Shown here: in pieces, positions 1 through 6,687 of the stretch
Numbering within the stretch: position 1 is the first letter of the stretch
Layout: each line of letters begins with the position of its first letter
Assembly: GCA_051747585.1 (NCBI GenBank)
Contig: JBNJGH010000068.1
Location: 1-18,547 of the forward strand
Length of the DNA: 18,547 nucleotides
Origin: Candidatus Rifleibacteriota bacterium
Lineage (GTDB): Bacteria > Muiribacteriota > Ozemobacteria > Ozemobacterales > Ozemobacteraceae
Reading direction: 5' to 3'
Program-made: the position numbers and the translations under genes
Notes under the pieces: generated by a model
The model's database searches: none
What the model saw: the letters and a program-made list of their open reading frames with translations, nothing else
Told to the model about the DNA's origin: nothing

Positions 1-68
1 CTGAAATAAAAGCCTGCAATACAAGTTATTATAGTTAAGGCCACTCCTGCCAATAAAACTTTTTTCAT
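1..68 (-). CDS. 5' end of a gene running off the window; N-terminal signal peptide or membrane anchor (MKKVLLAGVALTIITCIAGFYF...)
   Basis: Manual translation from ATG at 68-66. Purine-rich RBS (AAGGGG, 82-77) upstream. MKK followed by a hydrophobic stretch. Not in the ORF track because it is truncated. Confidence 0.75.
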   Translation of the reverse strand, partial: MKKVLLAGVALTIITCIAGFYF

Positions 69-262
69 TTCTTTTTCCCCTTATTAAAATTGTTTTTTTT
101 ATAATGTTAAGCCATAAACATTATAATACCAAAACATTTAACCCGGTAATTATAAACAAACGAAGAATTAATCCCAGGTATTGCCAGTAATTCTCGGTCA
201 ATCATTATTAGCTGGTTACAAAAAGTTCTGGTTTTATTTTTTTCTGTCAAATATAGAATTTA

Positions 263-481
263 AACCACTGAGGCCACCGAGGCCACCGAGGGCACAGAGT
301 TGATTTTTTAATCTTTTTCAGCCAGGATTTGTCCTGTGGACAAATAGCCGGCGGTTTCACCGCCCGGCTTTTCCTTCGTCAGCAAGTCTTCAGAAAAACA
401 CGAGTGCTTTTCTGAAGACTTGCTGAAGAAGGAAACAATGGCTGAAAAAGATTCTCTGCGTTCTCTGTGCGCTCGGTGGTT
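263..481. repeat. Multi-hairpin REPIN/MITE-like element, copy 1
   Basis: Terminal inverted arrays of ~9-nt CACnGAGnn units (266-299 versus 454-481). A 15-bp closing stem (310-324/439-453) encloses three hairpins: 327-345, 346-369, and 370-435 (32-nt arms, 30 paired, GA loop). Homologous to 11238-11449 in inverted orientation. Confidence 0.9.
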
Positions 482-484
482 ATT

Positions 485-520
485 CCCTTTGTGGCTTTGC
501 GACTTGGTGTGAGGAATTTT
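485..520 (-). repeat. Short GCAAAG/CACAAAG-type repeat unit
   Basis: Reverse complement AAAATTCCTCACACCAAGTCGCAAAGCCACAAAGGG resembles the CCTCACAC...GCAAAG..CACAAAG units at ~3492-3535 and ~4730-4772. Confidence 0.6.
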
Positions 521-723
521 CTTTTCTGAAACCAACTTATGGTCGCTGACCGATAATTGCTAATACATTTTCCTTGTGTTAGTTTAATGCAAAATATTTT
601 TTTATCGAAGGTGGCCGGCAAACAGGATTATGGCTATTACTCAATATTTTTTACTTGAGGATTCAGGTGAAATTATCCGGCCCGAAATAACTTTGCATCT
701 CATGTTGGCAGGGAGATCAATAA

Positions 724-2280
724 TTGCTCAATTTTAGTATTATTCATACGCTGATTTTTGCAATATATCCTATTCTTCTTTTGTATGCTTCAAATATTGA
801 TAAGGTCGACCCAGTTAACCTTATGTTACCCATTAGCATTAGTCTGGTTGCGACAAGTCTGCTTGCATGCGTATTCTACCTGATTTTCAAAAATTTTCCC
901 AAAACTACCCTGGCAACTTCAGCTGTACTGACTTATTTTTATGCATACGGCTATGTTCTCGGTATTTTTCAAATAGCCTGCGAGAGACTGTCTTATAATA
1001 TGACGATTGCTATTCCTGTAGTCTGGACTATTTTGCTTATTATGGCCATTACGGGAATCTGGACTCGCCGCAAAGTCAGCCTTAATTTTATTCGTTTTCT
1101 CAATATCCTTGCCCTTACTTTGCTTACCCTGACCCTGTTCGATATTGCTTCTTATATAATAAAAAAACCTGCTGATAAATATTCCGAGGGCTTTGAAGCT
1201 GTAAAAACCAGAGGAGAAAAGCACAAAAAAGAAAGTTTAAAACAACCCGATATTTACTATATTATTCTCGATGGATATGCCAGAAGCGATGTCTTAAAAA
1301 AGCTCTATAATTTCAAAAAAAGCTCATTTATCGATTTTCTCAAAAGCCAGGGATTTTACGTTGCTGACAAGGCAAGAGCAAACTATTGTCAGACTTATTT
1401 ATCCCTTTCCAGCTCACTCAATTTTACTTATCTCGATAAGATCGCAAAAAGACAAAAAAATTCAAACAGTGTAGAGCCTTTAATCAAAGTAGTCAGCAAC
1501 AATCGTCTTTTTCACTTTTTAGAAAAAAAAGGCTACAATACAGTTTCTATGGCAAGCGGTTACAGCGGCACCAATATGAAAAACGCCCAATATCACTTCG
1601 GGGTAAACATTCTCGATACAGAGTTTTTTATTGCTTTATTGGATACTACTCTATTGTCCAGAATTAGATCTTCATTTTTTGAAATTTCAGAAATGAATAT
1701 TGATTCACACATAAAAAGAATAACCAAAGCTTTTGCAAGATTAGCTACAGTTAAAGACAAAGTAAATTCCCCCTTTATTGTTTTTTCTCATATTATCGCG
1801 CCGCACCCACCATTTGTTTTTGACGCACAAGGTAACCGGGTGCCTGAAACAACAAAATTTAGTCTCGACGACGGCAGTCACTGGAGAAAGAGTAAAGATA
1901 TATATCGCAAACGCTATCTTGAACAGCTAAAGTTCGTCAACGCTCAGGTCAAAGAACTCGTAAAAAAGCTTTTGAAGAAAGAAGGAGAAAAAATAATCAT
2001 TATACAGTCAGATCATGGCCCGGGCTCTCAACTTGACTGGAATGATCCGGAAAAAACCAATATGAAAGAGCGTCTTGGTTGCCTGTATTCAATCTATTTT
2101 TCTGATGGTGACTATAAAAATTTTGCGCCCGAAATGACTCCTGTCAATACTTTCAGAATAATCCTGAACAAATACTTCAATACCGACTACAAAATTTTGG
2201 AAAATCGATCTTATTTTTCTTCATGGAACAACCGTTATAAACTCATTGATGTAACAGATAGAATTATTGATGAAAGTTAA
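724..2280 (+). CDS. Membrane-anchored sulfatase-like / alkaline-phosphatase-superfamily hydrolase or transferase (LTA-synthase-like architecture)
   Basis: About 5 N-terminal hydrophobic helices, then metal-site motifs PDIYYIILDGY, NYCQTYLS (Thr at the nucleophile position), HIIAPHPPF and IIIQSDHG. TTG start with GGGAG at 711-715. Confidence 0.8.
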   Translation: MLNFSIIHTLIFAIYPILLLYASNIDKVDPVNLMLPISISLVATSLLACVFYLIFKNFPKTTLATSAVLTYFYAYGYVLGIFQIACERLSYNMTIAIPVVWTILLIMAITGIWTRRKVSLNFIRFLNILALTLLTLTLFDIASYIIKKPADKYSEGFEAVKTRGEKHKKESLKQPDIYYIILDGYARSDVLKKLYNFKKSSFIDFLKSQGFYVADKARANYCQTYLSLSSSLNFTYLDKIAKRQKNSNSVEPLIKVVSNNRLFHFLEKKGYNTVSMASGYSGTNMKNAQYHFGVNILDTEFFIALLDTTLLSRIRSSFFEISEMNIDSHIKRITKAFARLATVKDKVNSPFIVFSHIIAPHPPFVFDAQGNRVPETTKFSLDDGSHWRKSKDIYRKRYLEQLKFVNAQVKELVKKLLKKEGEKIIIIQSDHGPGSQLDWNDPEKTNMKERLGCLYSIYFSDGDYKNFAPEMTPVNTFRIILNKYFNTDYKILENRSYFSSWNNRYKLIDVTDRIIDES

Positions 2281-2363
2281 GAATATTTTTAACCAATATT
2301 AAGGGCATCAGAAATTCTGCATATTCCAGGATTTATTAGGGTTGAATTAAATTTGCGTTTTTC

Positions 2364-3254
2364 TTAGAGATTTTTTCCTTCTATCAGGCTTTCATATTCT
2401 TTTTTTATTTGCTGCAAATCAATCTGGTCAACGAGTATTTTTCTTTCGAGCTCCTCTAACAAAGCTTCTTTATTGATCACCCAGAAACGCAATATAGAAA
2501 ACAGCAATACAAAATGAAAAACAGAAAATTGCAAAGCATAGCTGATCATATTGACAATGTTCTCATTCATAACCGGTGGGAACTTTGATAATAATACAAA
2601 GAGAGTAGCACCCGAAAACACATAAAAGACAATTCTAAAAGCCTGAGATTTTTTAGACTCTGGCAATGGCGAGGCAGATTCGTTTGAGCTTTCTTTATTG
2701 CTGTCTTTTGTTGCTGTTTCTGGTTCAGGGGCATTGACTTCAACGGTTTCAATTGAAGAACTCTGGCGATAAAGCCTGATCCCGTTAATTGCAAATATCA
2801 GGAAAGTTATCAGCCAGATGAGCGTCAGCAGTGCACCTGCAAAGAATGGACCGTTTTCTAAAAACAGAAAATAGGTAGACAATGCATTTATGATCAGCAC
2901 TGAAAAAGAAAACAGTGACATTGAGGCAAATATTCCACCTTTACTCATATCTCTTAAACGTGGCAAACAGCGAGTATCTTCGACCTTCGAGAATTTAAAA
3001 AACATTACGTAACAGCAAAAAACCACTGTTCCGAGGTTAAGAAATACTGAAGAAAAAAGTAAAAACGGAAAAAGATTCTTAACGACATAGAAACTGGGTA
3101 TCCATTCTGATATGCCTTTATAAAAAAAATAGACGGCCAGTGCAATAAGCACCCAGTTTGCTGAACCTGAAAGTCTGCGGCGGGAAATTTCCCGGCTAAT
3201 CAAATTAGAAATGGTCTTTAGCCAGTCTACTCTGGTGAGATTGTCTTTTTCCAT
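2364..3254 (-). CDS. Hypothetical polytopic membrane protein (about 6 TM segments, polar linker)
   Basis: 296-aa ORF with several hydrophobic segments. AGGAGG RBS about 10 nt upstream of the ATG. No recognisable family motif. Confidence 0.75.
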   Translation of the reverse strand: MEKDNLTRVDWLKTISNLISREISRRRLSGSANWVLIALAVYFFYKGISEWIPSFYVVKNLFPFLLFSSVFLNLGTVVFCCYVMFFKFSKVEDTRCLPRLRDMSKGGIFASMSLFSFSVLIINALSTYFLFLENGPFFAGALLTLIWLITFLIFAINGIRLYRQSSSIETVEVNAPEPETATKDSNKESSNESASPLPESKKSQAFRIVFYVFSGATLFVLLSKFPPVMNENIVNMISYALQFSVFHFVLLFSILRFWVINKEALLEELERKILVDQIDLQQIKKEYESLIEGKNL

Positions 3255-3435
3255 CCTGTAGAAGTCCTCCTGAGAAACGTTTTTGTTATCTTACTTTAGC
3301 TGCTTTTTTTGGCTTAACCTTGAATAATAAGCACTCTGGCAATAAATTACAACCTTAACCTGTTAATTTTTTAATTAAAATTGCCCAAACTGGCTTTTAT
3401 CTAGTATCTTGCGTCGGTATTCGGTATCGCCTTCA

Positions 3436-3626
3436 CTTTCGAGAAAAGGCTCGCGCAAAGTCGCCAAGGTCGCAAAGAATTAATAAAATAAAAAATTGCC
3501 TCACACAAAGCCACTGAGCCGCAAAGTTCACAAAGAAGATAAATAAATTTTATTTTACTTCAACAACCTTTTAACCGTCATTCCTGACATGTCGGGGCCG
3601 GCCACCCTGTCGGCACGGGAGTCCAG
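3436..3626 (+). repeat. Direct repeat copy A (~190 bp composite: GCAAAG units, AT-rich core, GTCATTCC...GGGAGTCCAG palindrome)
   Basis: Aligns closely with 4674-4818 plus 5001-5052. CACAAAGAAGATAAATAAATTTTATTTTACTTCAACAACCTTTTAACCGTCAT is identical in both copies. Confidence 0.92.
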
Positions 3627-3697
3627 GATATTGATTGCATCAGTAAGTTGTAAAAAATTGTGGATTGTTTGTTTTATGTTAAAATTTAGTAAATCAA

Positions 3698-3757
3698 AGA
3701 TTGCTTCGTCGGCTTCGGTCAGATCCATCGGTCTGACCTATGGCTCCTCGCAATGAC
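3698..3757. repeat. REP-like palindrome (AGATTGCTTCGTCG...CTCCTCGCAATGAC type) with an inner hairpin GGTCAGA-N8-TCTGACC
   Basis: Outer ATTGC..GCAAT arms and an inner 7-bp stem at 3717-3723/3732-3738. The terminal AATGAC is complementary to GTCATT at 3577-3582. Confidence 0.7.
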
Positions 3758-3797
3758 ACCCTTTTACGGCCATGGATCGAAGGAAAATAATTAAATT

Positions 3798-4232
3798 ATG
3801 AAACTTAATGAAAAACAAATCGAAAGAATAGCTGATGACTTGGATTGCGGAATGAAATGTTTTTATAATCCCAAAACCGGTGATATTAAATCAGTACCTG
3901 ATTTTGATATCCTGATTGGCTGTGATGAAGAACCCTGGCAAGAAGAATTTGCAGAAATAGAAGAAAATTCGGCAGACTTTATAGAATTTCTCGGGCTTAA
4001 ATCTCACGAATCCTTTGAAATAATGGTTGATTTTGCAGAAACTATTGATGATACAGAACTTAAGAATAAATTGATAGATGCACTAAACAGACCTAAGCCT
4101 TTTAGAAAATTTAAAAGTATAATTGATAATTCAGATAATTTCAGACAACAATGGTTTGATTTTAAAAAGTTACGCTTAATTCAGTGGGTAAAAGAGCAGA
4201 TTGATTTAAAAAGTGAAGAGATAAATGAATAA
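3798..4232 (+). CDS. UPF0158-family protein
   Basis: Characteristic C-terminal pattern SFEIMVDFAETIDD..LKNKLIDALNRPKPFRKFK......FRQQWFDFK. AAGGA RBS upstream. Confidence 0.8.
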   Translation: MKLNEKQIERIADDLDCGMKCFYNPKTGDIKSVPDFDILIGCDEEPWQEEFAEIEENSADFIEFLGLKSHESFEIMVDFAETIDDTELKNKLIDALNRPKPFRKFKSIIDNSDNFRQQWFDFKKLRLIQWVKEQIDLKSEEINE

Positions 4233-4635
4233 CGCAGATTTAGAAAAAAAAGTAAAAACCCTGGTAAATGTAAATCGTTATAAAAAAGGTTATGTCTGCG
4301 CTGTGGATATATTAATGCAGCTGGGCTATCTTGCGAAAAATGATTACAAAGCCTGGCGATCTGGTCGCATTCCTTACCTGGAGAAGGTCTGCAAAGTTAA
4401 TTTAAGCAAATTGACTTTGATTAATAAATTTATTAGCAAATTTTCTCTGGAACTGGGCTTGAAGAGTTCATGGACTGGCTACAATCAATTTGGTAAAGGA
4501 GTAAAGCGTCGATTAAAATTTAGTAAATCGGGCAAAAAGACAATTGAGGAAAGGTATGCGACCCATTTTATTGATAAAAAAAGAATGATCGAACTAAAAG
4601 AAAAGTCCCAAAATCCCGCAGAAACAAAAAATTAA
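4225..4635 (+). CDS. Basic hypothetical protein, translationally coupled to the UPF0158 gene
   Basis: 136 aa, Lys-rich, 8-nt overlap with the upstream gene (ATGAATAA). The motifs WRSGRIPYLE, LKFSKSG and YATHF look like a conserved family that I cannot name. Confidence 0.75.
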   Translation: MNNADLEKKVKTLVNVNRYKKGYVCAVDILMQLGYLAKNDYKAWRSGRIPYLEKVCKVNLSKLTLINKFISKFSLELGLKSSWTGYNQFGKGVKRRLKFSKSGKKTIEERYATHFIDKKRMIELKEKSQNPAETKN

Positions 4636-4673
4636 CTGAAACATTTACCCTGGTTAGAAATGGAAGCACGCCG

Positions 4674-5052
4674 CTTTCGAGAAGAGTTTCACGCAAAGTC
4701 GCCAAGGTCGCAAAGAATTAATAAAATTAAAAATGCCTCACACGAAGGCGCTGAGCCGCAAAGGGCACAAAGAAGATAAATAAATTTTATTTTACTTCAA
4801 CAACCTTTTAACCGTCATCATATATTTGGTGGTTGAGCGTAAGTCGAAACCACCAAATGGACGGTTACAGGGTCCCTTTGACAGGTAGGATGCCTTAATG
4901 CTGGGGCGCATGAAGATACAAGCCGCCCCAGTGCGACTCCGCTCAGGGACCAGTTAGACGTTTAACGGTCATTTCGACTACGCTCAATGACCATACTGGC
5001 CCGTCATTCCTGACATGTAGGGGCCGGCCACCCTGTCGGCCCGGGAATCCAG
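4674..5052 (+). repeat. Direct repeat copy B, interrupted by a 182-bp insertion (4819-5000)
   Basis: 4674-4818 matches 3436-3581 and 5001-5052 matches 3575-3626. CCGTCAT occurs on both sides of the insert. Confidence 0.9.
4819..5000. mobile_element. Non-autonomous REP-cluster insertion with an apparent 7-bp target duplication (CCGTCAT)
   Basis: Absent from copy A. Contains three related hairpins (4824-4858, 4871-4951, 4967-4992) that share the loop GAGCG(T/G)(A)AGTCG(A). Flanked by CCGTCAT at 4812-4818 and 5001-5007. Confidence 0.6.
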
Positions 5053-5164
5053 AAATAGGTATTAATAGTAGGGTTGCAAAACAGATTAAGTACTCTGACA
5101 AAGTTGGTATTGCTGGGTTTGTTTCTGCTCTAACCCTGGATGCCTGATCAAGTCAGGCATGACG
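5002..5164. repeat. REP doublet (REPIN-like): CGTCATTCCTGAC...GGGAATCCAG paired with CTGGATGCCTGATCAAGTCAGGCATGACG
   Basis: The reverse complement of 5136-5164 (CGTCATGCCTGACTTGATCAGGCATCCAG) matches both ends of 5002-5052. The spacer is partly self-complementary (AGGGTT/AACCCT). Confidence 0.8.
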
Positions 5165-5178
5165 CTTGCGCGTCGGTT

Positions 5179-5316
5179 TTAATGCCCTGCGTTTTCTTTG
5201 GAGGGGCGGGTGTGGAATTTGTTTTCCTCGACTGTGGCAATTTGAGTGTAGCTTTGTTCTGATTTGTTGGTTATGAGCCAGCGCTGGAAAAATACGAGAA
5301 TGCTTAAATCCATCAT
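5179..5316 (-). CDS. Small 45-aa protein MMDLSILVFFQRWLITNKSEQSYTQIATVEENKFHTRPSKENAGH
   Basis: Manual translation. Perfect AAGGAGG RBS (5332-5326) 9 nt before the ATG, with a sigma-54-type promoter directly upstream. Shorter than any ORF in the track. Confidence 0.6.
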   Translation of the reverse strand: MMDLSILVFFQRWLITNKSEQSYTQIATVEENKFHTRPSKENAGH

Positions 5317-5355
5317 TTTTTGTGCCCTCCTTTCTTGAATGGCTGCTCTTCTTTA

Positions 5356-5371
5356 TGCATTAAACGTGCCA
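5356..5371 (-). promoter_or_regulatory. Sigma-54 (RpoN) -24/-12 promoter
   Basis: The minus strand reads TGGCACGTTTAATGCA against consensus TGGCACG-N4-TTGCW: exact GG-N10-GC spacing and one mismatch. It points toward the RBS and ATG at 5316. Confidence 0.65.
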
Positions 5372-5589
5372 TCTGCTAAAAATGGCACCAGCGAACGCTT
5401 TGCTTCAATCCCAGGTTCAAGCTGCAAATCTGCTGAGCAAATTTTGACCATGAATTTGTATCAAAGCTGACCAAGATTGCTGCGACCCAGTTTGATGAAA
5501 AAATAGTTGTTTGGGAATAAAGAGTTTGCAAAGCGAGCTTTGCCCATTTTATAAATATGCAGTAAGCTCAAGCTATGGGAGGATAATCT

Positions 5590-6687
5590 ATGAATAAACT
5601 TCTAAATAATGTTTCAGAATTGGCAAAAGTCTCTTTCGAATCTGCAAGAGCTTATGACAGGCGCAAGGGTGTTCTTATTTCCCGGGTGAACCGTATTCTT
5701 GAACAAAGAGATGATTTGTATGAACTAATCGGAACAGTAGACTTCCTCGATATGATGTACGATAACCATATAAATCATGCCAAAATCTTAACCACTACCT
5801 TGTATTTAAATTCATACAGGCTTCTGGCTTCTTTATTGCCCTGGGTCTATGATACATACCACCGGCATGGCTTTTCTTTTGATTATTTTCCTGTCGAACT
5901 AAATGCCTGGAAAAAGGCGGTCGAAAACGAGCTTGAACCCGAATTTTCCAGAGAAATTATTCCTGTCTATGACTGGATGCTTAATCAGCATGAAAAATTG
6001 ATCGCCATCGTCAGAGAATCATCAGATTCAGGCGATGAACTGCTGTCACCTGAAGCCGATCAATTTCTTACTTCATTGATGACAAAAAATATTGCTGAGG
6101 CGGTAAAAATGGGAGAGAGCTCCATGAGGGAATTTACTTCTCCTGAAATTTTTTATTCCCTCATTGCCCAGCCTTCTATGTACAAAATAGGTTATCTCTG
6201 GCAAACAGGAAAAATTACTGCTGCCGATGAGCACCTTGCTTCTGCTATTACTCAAAATGTGGTGGCTAATATGCAACTTTCGGGTCCATCGCCTTCGAAA
6301 AACAAAGGCCGTGCGGTAATTTCTGCGGCGGCCGGAGAGCTTCACGAGCTCGGTGCTCGAATGCTTGGCCATTGTTTTGAAGCCGATGGCTGGGAAGTAG
6401 ATTTTCTTGGGGCTAATAGCCCTCTGAAAGATACGGTTGATTATTGTAAAAAAGTAAAACCCGATTTTATAGGCTTGTCGGTTGCAATGCCATATCATTT
6501 GCACCATGTGCAGCATTTAATCGACAGATTTAAAGCCGAAGAAGAATTAAAAAATCTTCCCGTGATGGTGGGCGGTTCAGTATTCAAGCTGCTCCCCGAA
6601 GCGACCGGGTGCCTTAACGGTGCTACAGTTATAATCGATATCAAAGGTGCTTTAAAAACTGCAAAGGAATGGCTGAATGGGGAGTAA
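5590..6687 (+). CDS. Cobalamin-binding sensor protein: N-terminal globin-like helical domain, B12 four-helix cap and B12 Rossmann domain
   Basis: W-x9-EH motif (WQTGKITAADEH, 6199-6234), E-x-H-x-x-G (ELHELG, 6337-6354), LGANSP, GLSVAM and MVGG. GGAGG RBS. The N-terminal ~140 aa is predicted helical; the globin-like call is by eye. Confidence 0.85.
   Translation: MNKLLNNVSELAKVSFESARAYDRRKGVLISRVNRILEQRDDLYELIGTVDFLDMMYDNHINHAKILTTTLYLNSYRLLASLLPWVYDTYHRHGFSFDYFPVELNAWKKAVENELEPEFSREIIPVYDWMLNQHEKLIAIVRESSDSGDELLSPEADQFLTSLMTKNIAEAVKMGESSMREFTSPEIFYSLIAQPSMYKIGYLWQTGKITAADEHLASAITQNVVANMQLSGPSPSKNKGRAVISAAAGELHELGARMLGHCFEADGWEVDFLGANSPLKDTVDYCKKVKPDFIGLSVAMPYHLHHVQHLIDRFKAEEELKNLPVMVGGSVFKLLPEATGCLNGATVIIDIKGALKTAKEWLNGE

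Noticed and set aside
308..621. ORFs 308..535 and 379..621 (minus strand)
   Set aside because: They run through the palindromic repeat element. HRAHRERRE is just the translated 9-nt repeat, and there is no RBS or protein-like composition.
3436..5052. CRISPR array or integron attC cassette array
   Set aside because: There are only two long repeats 1.2 kb apart, with no 25-45-nt repeat-spacer periodicity. No correctly paired RYYYAAC...GTTRRRY attC follows the genes (GTTAGAC at 4954-4960 has no matching partner), and there is no cas or intI gene.
5383..5404. Plus-strand TGGCAC as a sigma-54 promoter for the B12 gene
   Set aside because: The GC is not 10 nt after the GG, and TTGC lies too far downstream. 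It only forms a short inverted repeat with the minus-strand site.
5400..5589. Cobalamin riboswitch upstream of the B12-binding gene
   Set aside because: I could not find the B12-box or the conserved GGGAA...GCCACTG pattern. An Infernal search would settle it.
5590..6687. Methionine synthase or methyltransferase corrinoid protein
   Set aside because: It has ExHxxG with W-x9-EH rather than DxHxxG in a methyltransferase context, and its neighbour is a signalling phosphatase.
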